64,000 bases of DNA from Terriglobia bacterium (GTDB lineage Bacteria > Acidobacteriota > Terriglobia > Terriglobales > Acidobacteriaceae). Positions 24,964 through 32,148 of this stretch are shown in pieces. Under the pieces are notes generated by a model, which had not been told where the DNA came from, did not search any database, and worked only from the letters and a program-made list of their open reading frames with translations. The translations under genes and the position numbers were made by a program. Location: NCBI GenBank assembly GCA_020072845.1, contig JAIQGF010000011.1, forward strand, positions 350,173 through 414,172. Direction: 5' to 3'. Each line of letters opens with the position of its first letter. Within the stretch, counting starts at the first letter, position 1.

Positions 24964-25809
24964 CTACTTCTTTTCCGTCTTCATGTCCTTCTTGGCCGCC
25001 GGCGGCTTGGGCGTTTCCATCTTCGGGTGCCAGAACGACGGGTCGGCTTTCGCCACATTGTCGGACACGTAGCTCAGCCGCGGATTGAAGGCGAACAGGC
25101 GGCTTTCGGCGAGCTGAACGGTCTTGCCGACCGCATCGAAAAACCCGCCTTCCTTCAGCGCCTCGCCATAGGCTTTGTTTGGGGGCTCGTCCCATGCCAC
25201 CAGGCTCTTGACTGGGGTGAAATATATGTAAGTCCCCACGGGCATGCCCGAGGTCACTTCGTAGGCAACGGAATGGTAATCCGGGTTGGCCTTTGCCCGC
25301 GCGGCCGCAACAATCTTGCCGACCTCGTCCGGGCCGGAGCCTATCTTGAAGCGCACGACCAGCACGTTGAAGTACTTGTACTCGCCCAAATTGAAGTCCG
25401 GCTTGTAGCTCAGCTCCGGACGGTATTTGGCGAAGACGGTCCGCGATTCGGAAACGAATTCGGCTTCCTTCGGCGAGAAGGTCTCCATGATTTGCCGAAA
25501 CGCCGGGTTGGATTCGAACGAATCGTTCAGCTTTTCCAATTGGGCATAGGTGTCGAACCCGGTCATGAACCAGTCTTGATCCGGTCCGGTCACCGAGCTG
25601 ATGGTCAGGTTGTATGGGATCCCGGCCTTGATAAAGGCCTGCTCCCAGCCCGCCTCGTGTTTGCGGTGGGCAATGACTTTGCCCGGCTTCGAGTCTTCCC
25701 GAATGATCTCCAGAACCTTCGGCGGGCCGTGCATTTCCGCTTTCTGGGCGACGAGGGTCGCGGGGCAGGCGAGCAGGGCGAAGACCGCCCAGACAAGGAT
25801 TTTGCGCAT
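24964..25809 (-). CDS. hypothetical secreted protein, Lys-rich C-terminal tail (paralog B)
   Basis: Signal peptide MRKILVWAVFALLA, then PELSYKPDFNLGEYKYF. Tail is PPAAKKDMKTEKK. Confidence 0.7.
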   Translation of the reverse strand: MRKILVWAVFALLACPATLVAQKAEMHGPPKVLEIIREDSKPGKVIAHRKHEAGWEQAFIKAGIPYNLTISSVTGPDQDWFMTGFDTYAQLEKLNDSFESNPAFRQIMETFSPKEAEFVSESRTVFAKYRPELSYKPDFNLGEYKYFNVLVVRFKIGSGPDEVGKIVAAARAKANPDYHSVAYEVTSGMPVGTYIYFTPVKSLVAWDEPPNKAYGEALKEGGFFDAVGKTVQLAESRLFAFNPRLSYVSDNVAKADPSFWHPKMETPKPPAAKKDMKTEKK

Positions 25810-25958
25810 AGGTTCTCCTCTTGTTGCTTTCTTGGTTAGTTGATTCCGAATGAATTAACGCGAGTCAGCGAGTAAGGAAGGGCCCACCCCAGTTCGGGCC
25901 GCTTGAGCGATGCAAGCCTACGCTGCGGCCTTTGCGGGTGTCAATGGGCAGAAAAGCA

Positions 25959-26079
25959 GGCGTTAGGCTTTAGGTTTTAGGCGTCAGGCTTTAGCTTTTG
26001 GGCGTCGGCTCTTTGGTCAGGGTTGCATTCGGCGGTTGTTCCTAACGCCCAAGACCTAACGCCTAAAGCTTTGAGCCTG
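25959..26079. repeat. TTTAGGC heptamer-word inverted pair
   Basis: GGCGTTAGGCTTTAGGTTTTAGGCGTCAGGCTTTAGC ... CCTAACGCCCAAGACCTAACGCCTAAAGC. Confidence 0.8.
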
Positions 26080-26083
26080 CGGC

Positions 26084-26089
26084 TATAAT
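26084..26089 (+). promoter_or_regulatory. TATAAT box 5 nt upstream of the relA/spoT ATG
   Basis: GGCTATAATCAAGCATG. No SD, and no convincing -35. Confidence 0.3.
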
Positions 26090-26094
26090 CAAGC

Positions 26095-28302
26095 ATGGCG
26101 ACCTTCCGCCAGCAGATCGCGACCAACGTCTTGCGGGTCACGCGTTTCCGTGACCTGATGAAGCAGGTCCGGGCCTACCGGCCCAACGACGATCTGGATC
26201 TCATCAAGAAGGCCTACGACTTCTCCCTGCGTTATCACACCGGACAAACCCGAGCGTCCGGTGAACCCTACCTGGTGCACCCGCTGGAAGTGGCCTGCGT
26301 GCTGGCGGAGATCAAGCTCGACACCGTGGCCATCGCCGCCGGGCTGCTGCACGACCTGGTGGAAGACACCTCGGTGAAGATCGAGGAAATCGAAAAGGAA
26401 TTTGGCGACCAGGTGGCGCACATCGTGGAGGGCGTCACCAAGATCAGCAAAATCGATTTTCATACGCGCGAGGAGCGCCAGGCCGAGAACCTGCGCAAGA
26501 TGATGCTGGCCATGGTGGACGACATTCGGGTCGTCCTCATCAAGCTGGCGGACCGGCTGCACAACATGCGCACGCTGCAGCACTTGCCGGAAGAACGGCG
26601 GCTGGCGATCGCGCGCGAGACCCTGGAAATCTACGCGCCTATCGCGCACCGCCTCGGCATGGGCAAGATCCGCGGCGAACTGGAGGACCTGGGCTTCCCC
26701 TACGTGGATCCCATCGCCTACCAGCAGGTGCACGAGGCGGTGGAGGCGCGGCGCAAGTCGGGCGAGGAGTTCCTGGCCAAGATCGAAAGCTTCATCCGCG
26801 AAAAGCTGAAGGAAGCCGGCATCCAGGCGCGGGTGGAAAGCCGCATCAAGCGCCTGTACTCGATTTACCTCAAGATCCAGCGGCAGCGCATCTCCGTGGA
26901 CCAGATGTACGACCTGCTGGCGGTGCGGGTGATCACCGGATCGGTGCAGGACTGCTATGCCGTGCTGGGCATGATCCACAACCTGTGGCGGCCGGTGCCG
27001 GGGCGCATCAAGGACCACATCGCCATGCCGCGCCCCAACCTCTACCAGTCGCTGCACACCTCGGTGATCGCCGAGAGCGGCACGCCGTTCGAGGTGCAGA
27101 TCCGGACCGAGGAGATGCACCACATGGCGGAGGAGGGGATCGCCGCGCACTGGAAATACAAGGACGGGCCGGTAACGGCGCGTGACGAGCAGCGCCTGGC
27201 GTGGCTGCGCCAGGTGGTGGAGTGGCAGCGCGACATCAGCGATCCCAGCGAGTTCCTTTCCACGCTCAAGATCGATCTCTACCCCGAAGAGGTGTACACC
27301 TTCACCCCGAAGGGCAAGGTGGTGGTGCTGCCGCGCGACGCCACGCCGATTGATTTTGCGTACACAGTACATACCGAGGTGGGACACACCTGCGTCGGCG
27401 CGAAAGTGAACGGGCGCATGGTGCCGCTGCGCTACAAGCTGAAGAGCGGCGACATCGTGGAGATTCTCACCCAGACTGGACACAAGCCGAGCCGCGACTG
27501 GCTGGCGCTGGTCAAGTCGAGCCGCTCGCGGCAGAAGATCAAGCACTGGCTCAATGTCCACCAGCGCGAGCGCGCGATTGAAATCGGCCGCAAGCTGATC
27601 GAGAAAGAGGCGCGGAAATATCGCGTCCCGCTGAAAGACATTTCCGAGGAGCAGTATCAGAAGGTGGCCGGCGAAGTGGGCCTGGGCCGGCCCGACGACC
27701 TGATGGCGGCCATCGGCTACGGCAAATTTTCAGCCCGGCAGATGCTGGCGCGCCTGGCGCCCTCCTCGGCCGCGGAACCCACGCCTGAGGCCGCGCCCGA
27801 AGAAAAACCCGGCGGCCTGCTGCGGCGCGTCTTCGGCGGCGAGAGCGGCGCCATCACCGTCAAGGGGCACGACGACCTGCTGGTGTACCGCGCGCGCTGT
27901 TGCAATCCCATCCGCGGCGAAGAGATTGTCGGCTACGTGACCCGCGGCAAGGGCGTTGCGGTGCACGCCAGGAGCTGCCCCAACGTGGTCAACCTGATGT
28001 ACGAATCCGACCGGCGCATCGACGTGGAGTGGGCGAGGCCGGCCAAGGAAGATGGCAGCACCGGGTATCCGGTCAAGCTCACCGTGTTCTGCGCCGACCG
28101 CAGCGGCATGCTCAAGCAGATGACCGCGCTCATCAGCGACGAGAACATCAACATCCGCAACATCGAAGCCCGCACCGCCAACAGCCAGGCAACGGTCGAT
28201 TTCGTCATCGACATCGAGGACCTGAAGCACCTGGAGCGGATCGTCGGCGGGCTGCGGAAGATTCCCGGCGTGCACGACGTGCAGAGGGTGCAGAAAATCT
28301 GA
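26095..28302 (+). CDS. relA: bifunctional (p)ppGpp synthetase/hydrolase (RelA/SpoT homolog)
   Basis: HD hydrolase domain (HPLEVA...HDLVED), synthetase domain, and TGS and ACT C-terminal domains. Confidence 0.95.
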   Translation: MATFRQQIATNVLRVTRFRDLMKQVRAYRPNDDLDLIKKAYDFSLRYHTGQTRASGEPYLVHPLEVACVLAEIKLDTVAIAAGLLHDLVEDTSVKIEEIEKEFGDQVAHIVEGVTKISKIDFHTREERQAENLRKMMLAMVDDIRVVLIKLADRLHNMRTLQHLPEERRLAIARETLEIYAPIAHRLGMGKIRGELEDLGFPYVDPIAYQQVHEAVEARRKSGEEFLAKIESFIREKLKEAGIQARVESRIKRLYSIYLKIQRQRISVDQMYDLLAVRVITGSVQDCYAVLGMIHNLWRPVPGRIKDHIAMPRPNLYQSLHTSVIAESGTPFEVQIRTEEMHHMAEEGIAAHWKYKDGPVTARDEQRLAWLRQVVEWQRDISDPSEFLSTLKIDLYPEEVYTFTPKGKVVVLPRDATPIDFAYTVHTEVGHTCVGAKVNGRMVPLRYKLKSGDIVEILTQTGHKPSRDWLALVKSSRSRQKIKHWLNVHQRERAIEIGRKLIEKEARKYRVPLKDISEEQYQKVAGEVGLGRPDDLMAAIGYGKFSARQMLARLAPSSAAEPTPEAAPEEKPGGLLRRVFGGESGAITVKGHDDLLVYRARCCNPIRGEEIVGYVTRGKGVAVHARSCPNVVNLMYESDRRIDVEWARPAKEDGSTGYPVKLTVFCADRSGMLKQMTALISDENINIRNIEARTANSQATVDFVIDIEDLKHLERIVGGLRKIPGVHDVQRVQKI

Positions 28303-28308
28303 AAAGAA

Positions 28309-28336
28309 GTTTCAGTTTCAGTTTCGGTTTCAGTTG
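28309..28336 (-). repeat. GAAACT hexamer array (reverse orientation)
   Basis: GTTTCAGTTTCAGTTTCGGTTTCAGTTG, the reverse complement of 19315-19342. Confidence 0.9.
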
Positions 28337-28410
28337 TGTGGGACACAGCCTGCCATGAGCGAAGTCGAAGGGGCACCCCCAACGTGTGCAGGACGGGCGG
28401 CTGGCGCGCG

Positions 28411-28671
28411 TTAAGTCTCGGTCCCCGGTTTCCGATGCAGCACGCGCTTGGTCTTGGCGACGATGTCGCCCATGGTCGAGCCGATGGTGCGCGCGACTTC
28501 GGTTAGGCGGTCGCCGGTCACTGGTGGCGCCGACGATGTGGCTGCGGGTGCTGCGGTCGGCGCGGCTGCGGCGCTGGCCTTGACGGCGCGCTTGCGGCTT
28601 TTCTTCGCGGCAGGACGCCTCACAGCTCGCTTCTTCTTGGCGGTGGTTTCGCTGTTGTTCTCTTCCGGCAT
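28411..28671 (-). CDS. hypothetical small Lys/Ala-rich basic protein
   Basis: 86-aa ORF (KKKRAVRRPAAKKSRKRAVKA...) with GGGAGAG upstream of the ATG. Confidence 0.45.
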   Translation of the reverse strand: MPEENNSETTAKKKRAVRRPAAKKSRKRAVKASAAAAPTAAPAATSSAPPVTGDRLTEVARTIGSTMGDIVAKTKRVLHRKPGTET

Positions 28672-28703
28672 TCGTCTCTCCCGTTCGTTGCCGCGCAGTA
28701 TAC

Positions 28704-28767
28704 CAGTCCTGAGTCGCGAGACCCGAGTCCCGAGCGAAGCAATCTCGCGACTCGCGTCTCGGGACTG
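28704..28767. repeat. GAGTCNCGAG-word palindromic repeat
   Basis: CAGTCCTGAGTCGCGAGACCCGAGTCCCGAG ... CTCGCGACTCGCGTCTCGGGACTG. Confidence 0.75.
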
Positions 28768-28770
28768 ACG

Positions 28771-28930
28771 GGTCTATGTGAGAACTTCAGTCGTGCCTAC
28801 GGCACTGGATGATCTCTCCCACTGTGCCCCGCCGCTGAAGCGGCGGGCTATTCTTAACCGCCCCCAAGGGGCTGCGGTCTCGCTGTTTCGTACCCCTGGC
28901 AATCATGCCAGACCAGTTCTCACACAGACT
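28771..28930 (+). mobile_element. multi-hairpin MITE-like element, copy E5 (diverged)
   Basis: Ends GGTCTATGTGAGAACT ... GTTCTCACACAGAC match the E4 terminal repeats. The internal hairpins have different sequences but the same layout. The right end overlaps the add stop codon. Confidence 0.7.
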
Positions 28931-29960
28931 CCGACGCCTGGAACCGCGCCAGGAGTGCGCGCTTGCGCTGTTCAGGCAGAAACGAAGCGCGGAAGGAGTT
29001 CATGGCCAGCTCGCGCAATTGCGCGTCGGTGAAGCCGAAGGTGTCCTGCGCGACCTGGTACTCGCGCGAGAGCGAGGTCTCAAACATGGCGGGATCGTCC
29101 GTATTGAGCGTGACCATCAGTCCGAGATCGTAGTAGGTTTTGAGCGGATGCCGCTCGGCCGCCACGCAACAGCCGGTGCGCAGGTTGCTGGTGAAACAGA
29201 TTTCGACGGGGACTTGGGTTTGCGCCAGGCGAGCCATCAGCTCGCAGTCCTGGTACGCGGTGAGCCCGTGTCCGATGCGCTCGGCCTTGAGGGCGTCAAG
29301 CGCGCCCAGAATGGACTCCGGCCCGCTGGATTCGCCGGCGTGCGCCGTGAGCCGCAGGCCGTTGTCGCGGGCGCGCGCGTAGAGCTCGCGAAACAGTTCG
29401 GGTGCGGCCATGCGTTCGTCGCCGCCGATACCGATGCCGACGACATTGCGGTCGCGCAGCGGGATCGCTTTTTCGAATACCTTCTCGGCGGCCACGACCC
29501 CGAAGTGGCGCACCGCATCGAAAATCCACAGCAGCGACACGCCGAAATCGCGCTCGCCGCGCTGCCGGCCGCGCTCAAGGCCGTCGAAGATGGCATCGAA
29601 GTCGCGCCCGCGGAACAGGATCACGCCGACGGAAACGTAAACCTCGGCGTGGAGGACGTTTTCCGCCGCGAGCTTCTGCATCAGGCGATAGGTGATGAGC
29701 TCGTAATCCTCAGGCGTGCGCAGCCAGGAGGTGACGCGCTTGAAGGCGTCGAGAAAGGCGGTGAAATCCTTGTGCCGGTAGAGCTGCGCCAGGCGCTCGC
29801 GATCCACCGGCCCGCCGCCGTGCAGAAGGATCAGCTCGCCGAGCTCGTCGGGGCCGATGGAGCCTTCGAGGTGGAGATGGAGCTCGGCTTTGGGCAGCGC
29901 GCGGATGAACGCCGATGGCCTACGGTCTTTGGTCGGCGGCAGGTTTTGCGTGGCCTTCAT
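28920..29960 (-). CDS. add: adenosine deaminase
   Basis: LPKAELHLHLEGS metal-binding motif, with HAGE and TLNTDDP motifs. ORF trimmed to the ATG at 29960. Confidence 0.9.
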   Translation of the reverse strand: MKATQNLPPTKDRRPSAFIRALPKAELHLHLEGSIGPDELGELILLHGGGPVDRERLAQLYRHKDFTAFLDAFKRVTSWLRTPEDYELITYRLMQKLAAENVLHAEVYVSVGVILFRGRDFDAIFDGLERGRQRGERDFGVSLLWIFDAVRHFGVVAAEKVFEKAIPLRDRNVVGIGIGGDERMAAPELFRELYARARDNGLRLTAHAGESSGPESILGALDALKAERIGHGLTAYQDCELMARLAQTQVPVEICFTSNLRTGCCVAAERHPLKTYYDLGLMVTLNTDDPAMFETSLSREYQVAQDTFGFTDAQLRELAMNSFRASFLPEQRKRALLARFQASESV

Positions 29961-29968
29961 TGCAGAAT

Positions 29969-30125
29969 CCACCACGGAGACACGGAGGCACGGAAGAGTT
30001 GTAGAAGGCAACTACATTGAAGATTGTCGATTGCCGATTGCCGATTGGGTTTAGGTTGCGTTCTCAATCGACAATCGACAATCGGCAATCGGAAATGTAT
30101 TTCTCTCTGTCTCTGTGTCTCTGTG
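29969..30125. repeat. nested double palindrome (CACGGAG words outside, CGATTGC words inside)
   Basis: Outer arms are CCACCACGGAGACACGGAGGCACGGAAG / TCTCTCTGTCTCTGTGTCTCTGTG. Inner arms are TTGTCGATTGCCGATTGCCGATTGG / CAATCGACAATCGACAATCGGCAATCGG. Confidence 0.85.
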
Positions 30126-30140
30126 TTCATCGTTCGTTGC

Positions 30141-31712
30141 TCAGTGCCGAGCGAACTCTGAATGCCGGCGGCTCCACAGGAAATAAATGCACAAGCCGAT
30201 CGCCAGCCAGACGAAGAAGCGAATCCAGGTGATGACGGTGAGCCCGGTCATCAGGCCGCCGCAGAGCACCACCGAGATCAGCGGGAACAGCGGCACGAGC
30301 GGGACGCGGAATCCGCGCGGGCGGTCGGGTTGCGTGCGGCGCAGGAAGATGACGCCCAGGGAGACGAGCACGAAGGCAAACAATGTGCCGATGTTCGACA
30401 AGTCGGCGGCGTCGCCGATGTCCACGACTCCGGCCGGAATGCCAACCGCGAATCCCGCGATCCAGGTGGACCAGTGCGGCGTCTTGAACTTCTTGTGCAC
30501 GGCGGAAAAGATGCGCGGGAGCAGGCCGTCGCGCGACATGGCGAACCAGATGCGCGTCTGGCCGTACTGAAAGACCAGCAGCGACGAGAGCATTCCGGTG
30601 AGCGCGCCGATGATGATGACCGACTGCCACACGCGGCTGGCGCCAAGCTGCTTGAGCGCGTAGGCGACCGGGGCCTCGGCGGCCGCGCCCTCGGTGAAGG
30701 TGGTGTACTTCATCATGCCGAGCAGCACCAGCGCCACACCGACATACAGAATTGTGCACACGATGAGCGAGGCGATGATGCCGAAGGGAATGTCTTTCTG
30801 CGGATTCTTGGATTCTTCGGCGGCGGTGGAGACCGAGTCGAAGCCGATGTAGGTGAAGAAAATGATGGCGCCGCCGGTGACCACGCCGGCGAATCCCGAG
30901 GGCATGAATGGATGCCAGTTCGCCGGGCGCACCAGCATGCCGCCCACGATCAGGAAGATCACGATCGCCGTCAGCTTGACGGCAACCATGATGTTGTTGG
31001 TTTCGGCCGACTCGCGCACGCCGCGCACCAGCAGAATCGTGAGGACGAAGACGACGAGAAACGCCGGCACATTGAAGTATGCACCGGTCAATTTTCCCGA
31101 GGCGTACACGGCGCTGGACCAGACATCGGGCAAGACGATGCCAAAGGCGGCGAGCTGCGCTTTCAGATATCCGCTGAATCCGACGGCGACCGCGACGTTG
31201 CTGACCGCGTACTCCAGAATCAGGTCCCAGCCGATGATCCAGGCGAAGATTTCGCCGAGCGTGGCGTAGGAATAGGTGTACGCGCTGCCGGCGATGGGGA
31301 TCATGGAGGCGAGCTCGGCATAGCACAGCCCGGCGAAGCTGCAGGCGACGGCGACCAGGATGAAGGAGATCGCGATGGCCGGGCCGGCTGGCGGGCGACC
31401 GTGCATCAGCGCACCCGCGCTCGATCCGTGTCGCAGGAAGTTGGCGATCAGGTCGAGCACCTGCGCGTGCAGGATGGAGGGGACTTCGAAGTGTTCGCCG
31501 GCGGCAGCCGTGCCGGTGAGCACGAAAATGCCGCTGCCGATAATCGCGCCGATGCCGAGCGCGGTCAGGCTCCACGGGCCGAGGGTCTTCTTGAGCCGGT
31601 GCTCGGGCTCCTCGGAGTCGGCAATCAGCTTGTCGATGGATTTGCGGGCGAGAAGCTGGGAGCCGGTGTGCTTAGCTGAATTCTTGTCGGTCGTCGCGGT
31701 TGAGTCGGCCAA
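30141..31712 (-). CDS. APC-superfamily amino acid permease
   Basis: 523 aa, about 12-14 TM segments, GIGAIIGSGIFVLTG motif. The only in-frame start is TTG at 31712. Confidence 0.9.
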   Translation of the reverse strand: MADSTATTDKNSAKHTGSQLLARKSIDKLIADSEEPEHRLKKTLGPWSLTALGIGAIIGSGIFVLTGTAAAGEHFEVPSILHAQVLDLIANFLRHGSSAGALMHGRPPAGPAIAISFILVAVACSFAGLCYAELASMIPIAGSAYTYSYATLGEIFAWIIGWDLILEYAVSNVAVAVGFSGYLKAQLAAFGIVLPDVWSSAVYASGKLTGAYFNVPAFLVVFVLTILLVRGVRESAETNNIMVAVKLTAIVIFLIVGGMLVRPANWHPFMPSGFAGVVTGGAIIFFTYIGFDSVSTAAEESKNPQKDIPFGIIASLIVCTILYVGVALVLLGMMKYTTFTEGAAAEAPVAYALKQLGASRVWQSVIIIGALTGMLSSLLVFQYGQTRIWFAMSRDGLLPRIFSAVHKKFKTPHWSTWIAGFAVGIPAGVVDIGDAADLSNIGTLFAFVLVSLGVIFLRRTQPDRPRGFRVPLVPLFPLISVVLCGGLMTGLTVITWIRFFVWLAIGLCIYFLWSRRHSEFARH

Positions 31713-31716
31713 GAGA

Positions 31717-31734
31717 GTTTCAGTTTCAGTTCAG
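31717..31734 (-). repeat. GAAACT hexamer array abutting the permease start
   Basis: Minus strand: CTGAACTGAAACTGAAAC TCTC TTG. Confidence 0.8.
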
Positions 31735-31735
31735 T

Positions 31736-31776
31736 ATAGAAAAGCCTTCAGCCGCCGTGTACCGGCGGCCGAAGGC
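31736..31776 (-). terminator. rho-independent terminator after the 52-aa ORF
   Basis: Minus strand: GCCTTCGGCCGCCGG TACA CGGCGGCTGAAGGC TTTTCT. Confidence 0.75.
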
Positions 31777-31782
31777 CGATGG

Positions 31783-31941
31783 TTAACGTTTCGCCTGGCC
31801 GCGCACCATCTTTTTCACTTTGCGCTTCTTGGAGCCGCGGGCGTAGTCGCGTTTCTTTTTCGGTTTCTCAATCGAGGCCTTCTTGCGGGCCGCGCGCTTG
31901 ACCTTCTTGCGTTCTTCCTTCGACAGTGCTTCCGTGTTCAT
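31783..31941 (-). CDS. hypothetical 52-aa highly basic protein (not in the supplied ORF track)
   Basis: Hand translation gives MNTEALSKEERKKVKRAARKKASIEKPKKKRDYARGSKKRKVKKMVRGQAKR*. Followed by a strong terminator. Weak SD. Confidence 0.35.
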   Translation of the reverse strand: MNTEALSKEERKKVKRAARKKASIEKPKKKRDYARGSKKRKVKKMVRGQAKR

Positions 31942-31962
31942 GAGTTCTCGCTAGAGTTGGAT

Positions 31963-32066
31963 TAGAACTTCTGTCGCCCGCTAAAGCGGGCTCGATCTGG
32001 TGCTACTTCCTGACCCACGGCTTACGCCGTGGGCTACACATTCTTTGGCGCGCTGCGCGCGCTTGG
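31963..32066 (+). repeat. three-hairpin dispersed element, copy E6 (degenerate ends)
   Basis: TAGAACTTCTGTC GCCCGC-TAAA-GCGGGC ... CCCACGGC-TTAC-GCCGTGGG CTACACATTCTTT GGCGCGC-TGC-GCGCGC. Confidence 0.7.
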
Positions 32067-32100
32067 TACCGTCGTGACGCCTGCATTCCATAGCGCACGG

Positions 32101-32146
32101 CTTAGAGCCTGAAGCCTTGAGCCTGAGGCCTAGAGCCTGAAGCCTG
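32101..32146 (+). repeat. GAGCCTN heptamer array
   Basis: CTTAGAGCCTGAAGCCTTGAGCCTGAGGCCTAGAGCCTGAAGCCTG. Abuts the pcrA stop. Confidence 0.85.
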
Positions 32147-32148
32147 TC

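Noticed and set aside
26061-26083. A -35 box for the relA TATAAT, and likewise for ligA and hslV
   Set aside because: No TTGACA-like hexamer lies at 16-18 bp spacing. The TTGAGC at 26071-26076 is only 7 bp from the -10. The promoter calls are therefore kept at low confidence.
26089-27561. 490-aa minus-strand ORF opposite relA. Similar long shadow ORFs lie at 4550-5773(-), 13948-15213(+), 17134-18834(+), 28905-30020(+), 30162-31679(+), 33556-34713(+), 37785-38861(-), 39450-40427(-), 41641-42642(-), 47841-50078(+), 51690-53048(-), 55228-56937(+), 58520-60280(-) and 61727-62755(-)
   Set aside because: Each overlaps, on the opposite strand or in another frame, a gene with unmistakable conserved motifs. 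Their sequences are low-complexity and Arg/Gly/His/Asp-rich, as expected for GC-rich antisense frames.
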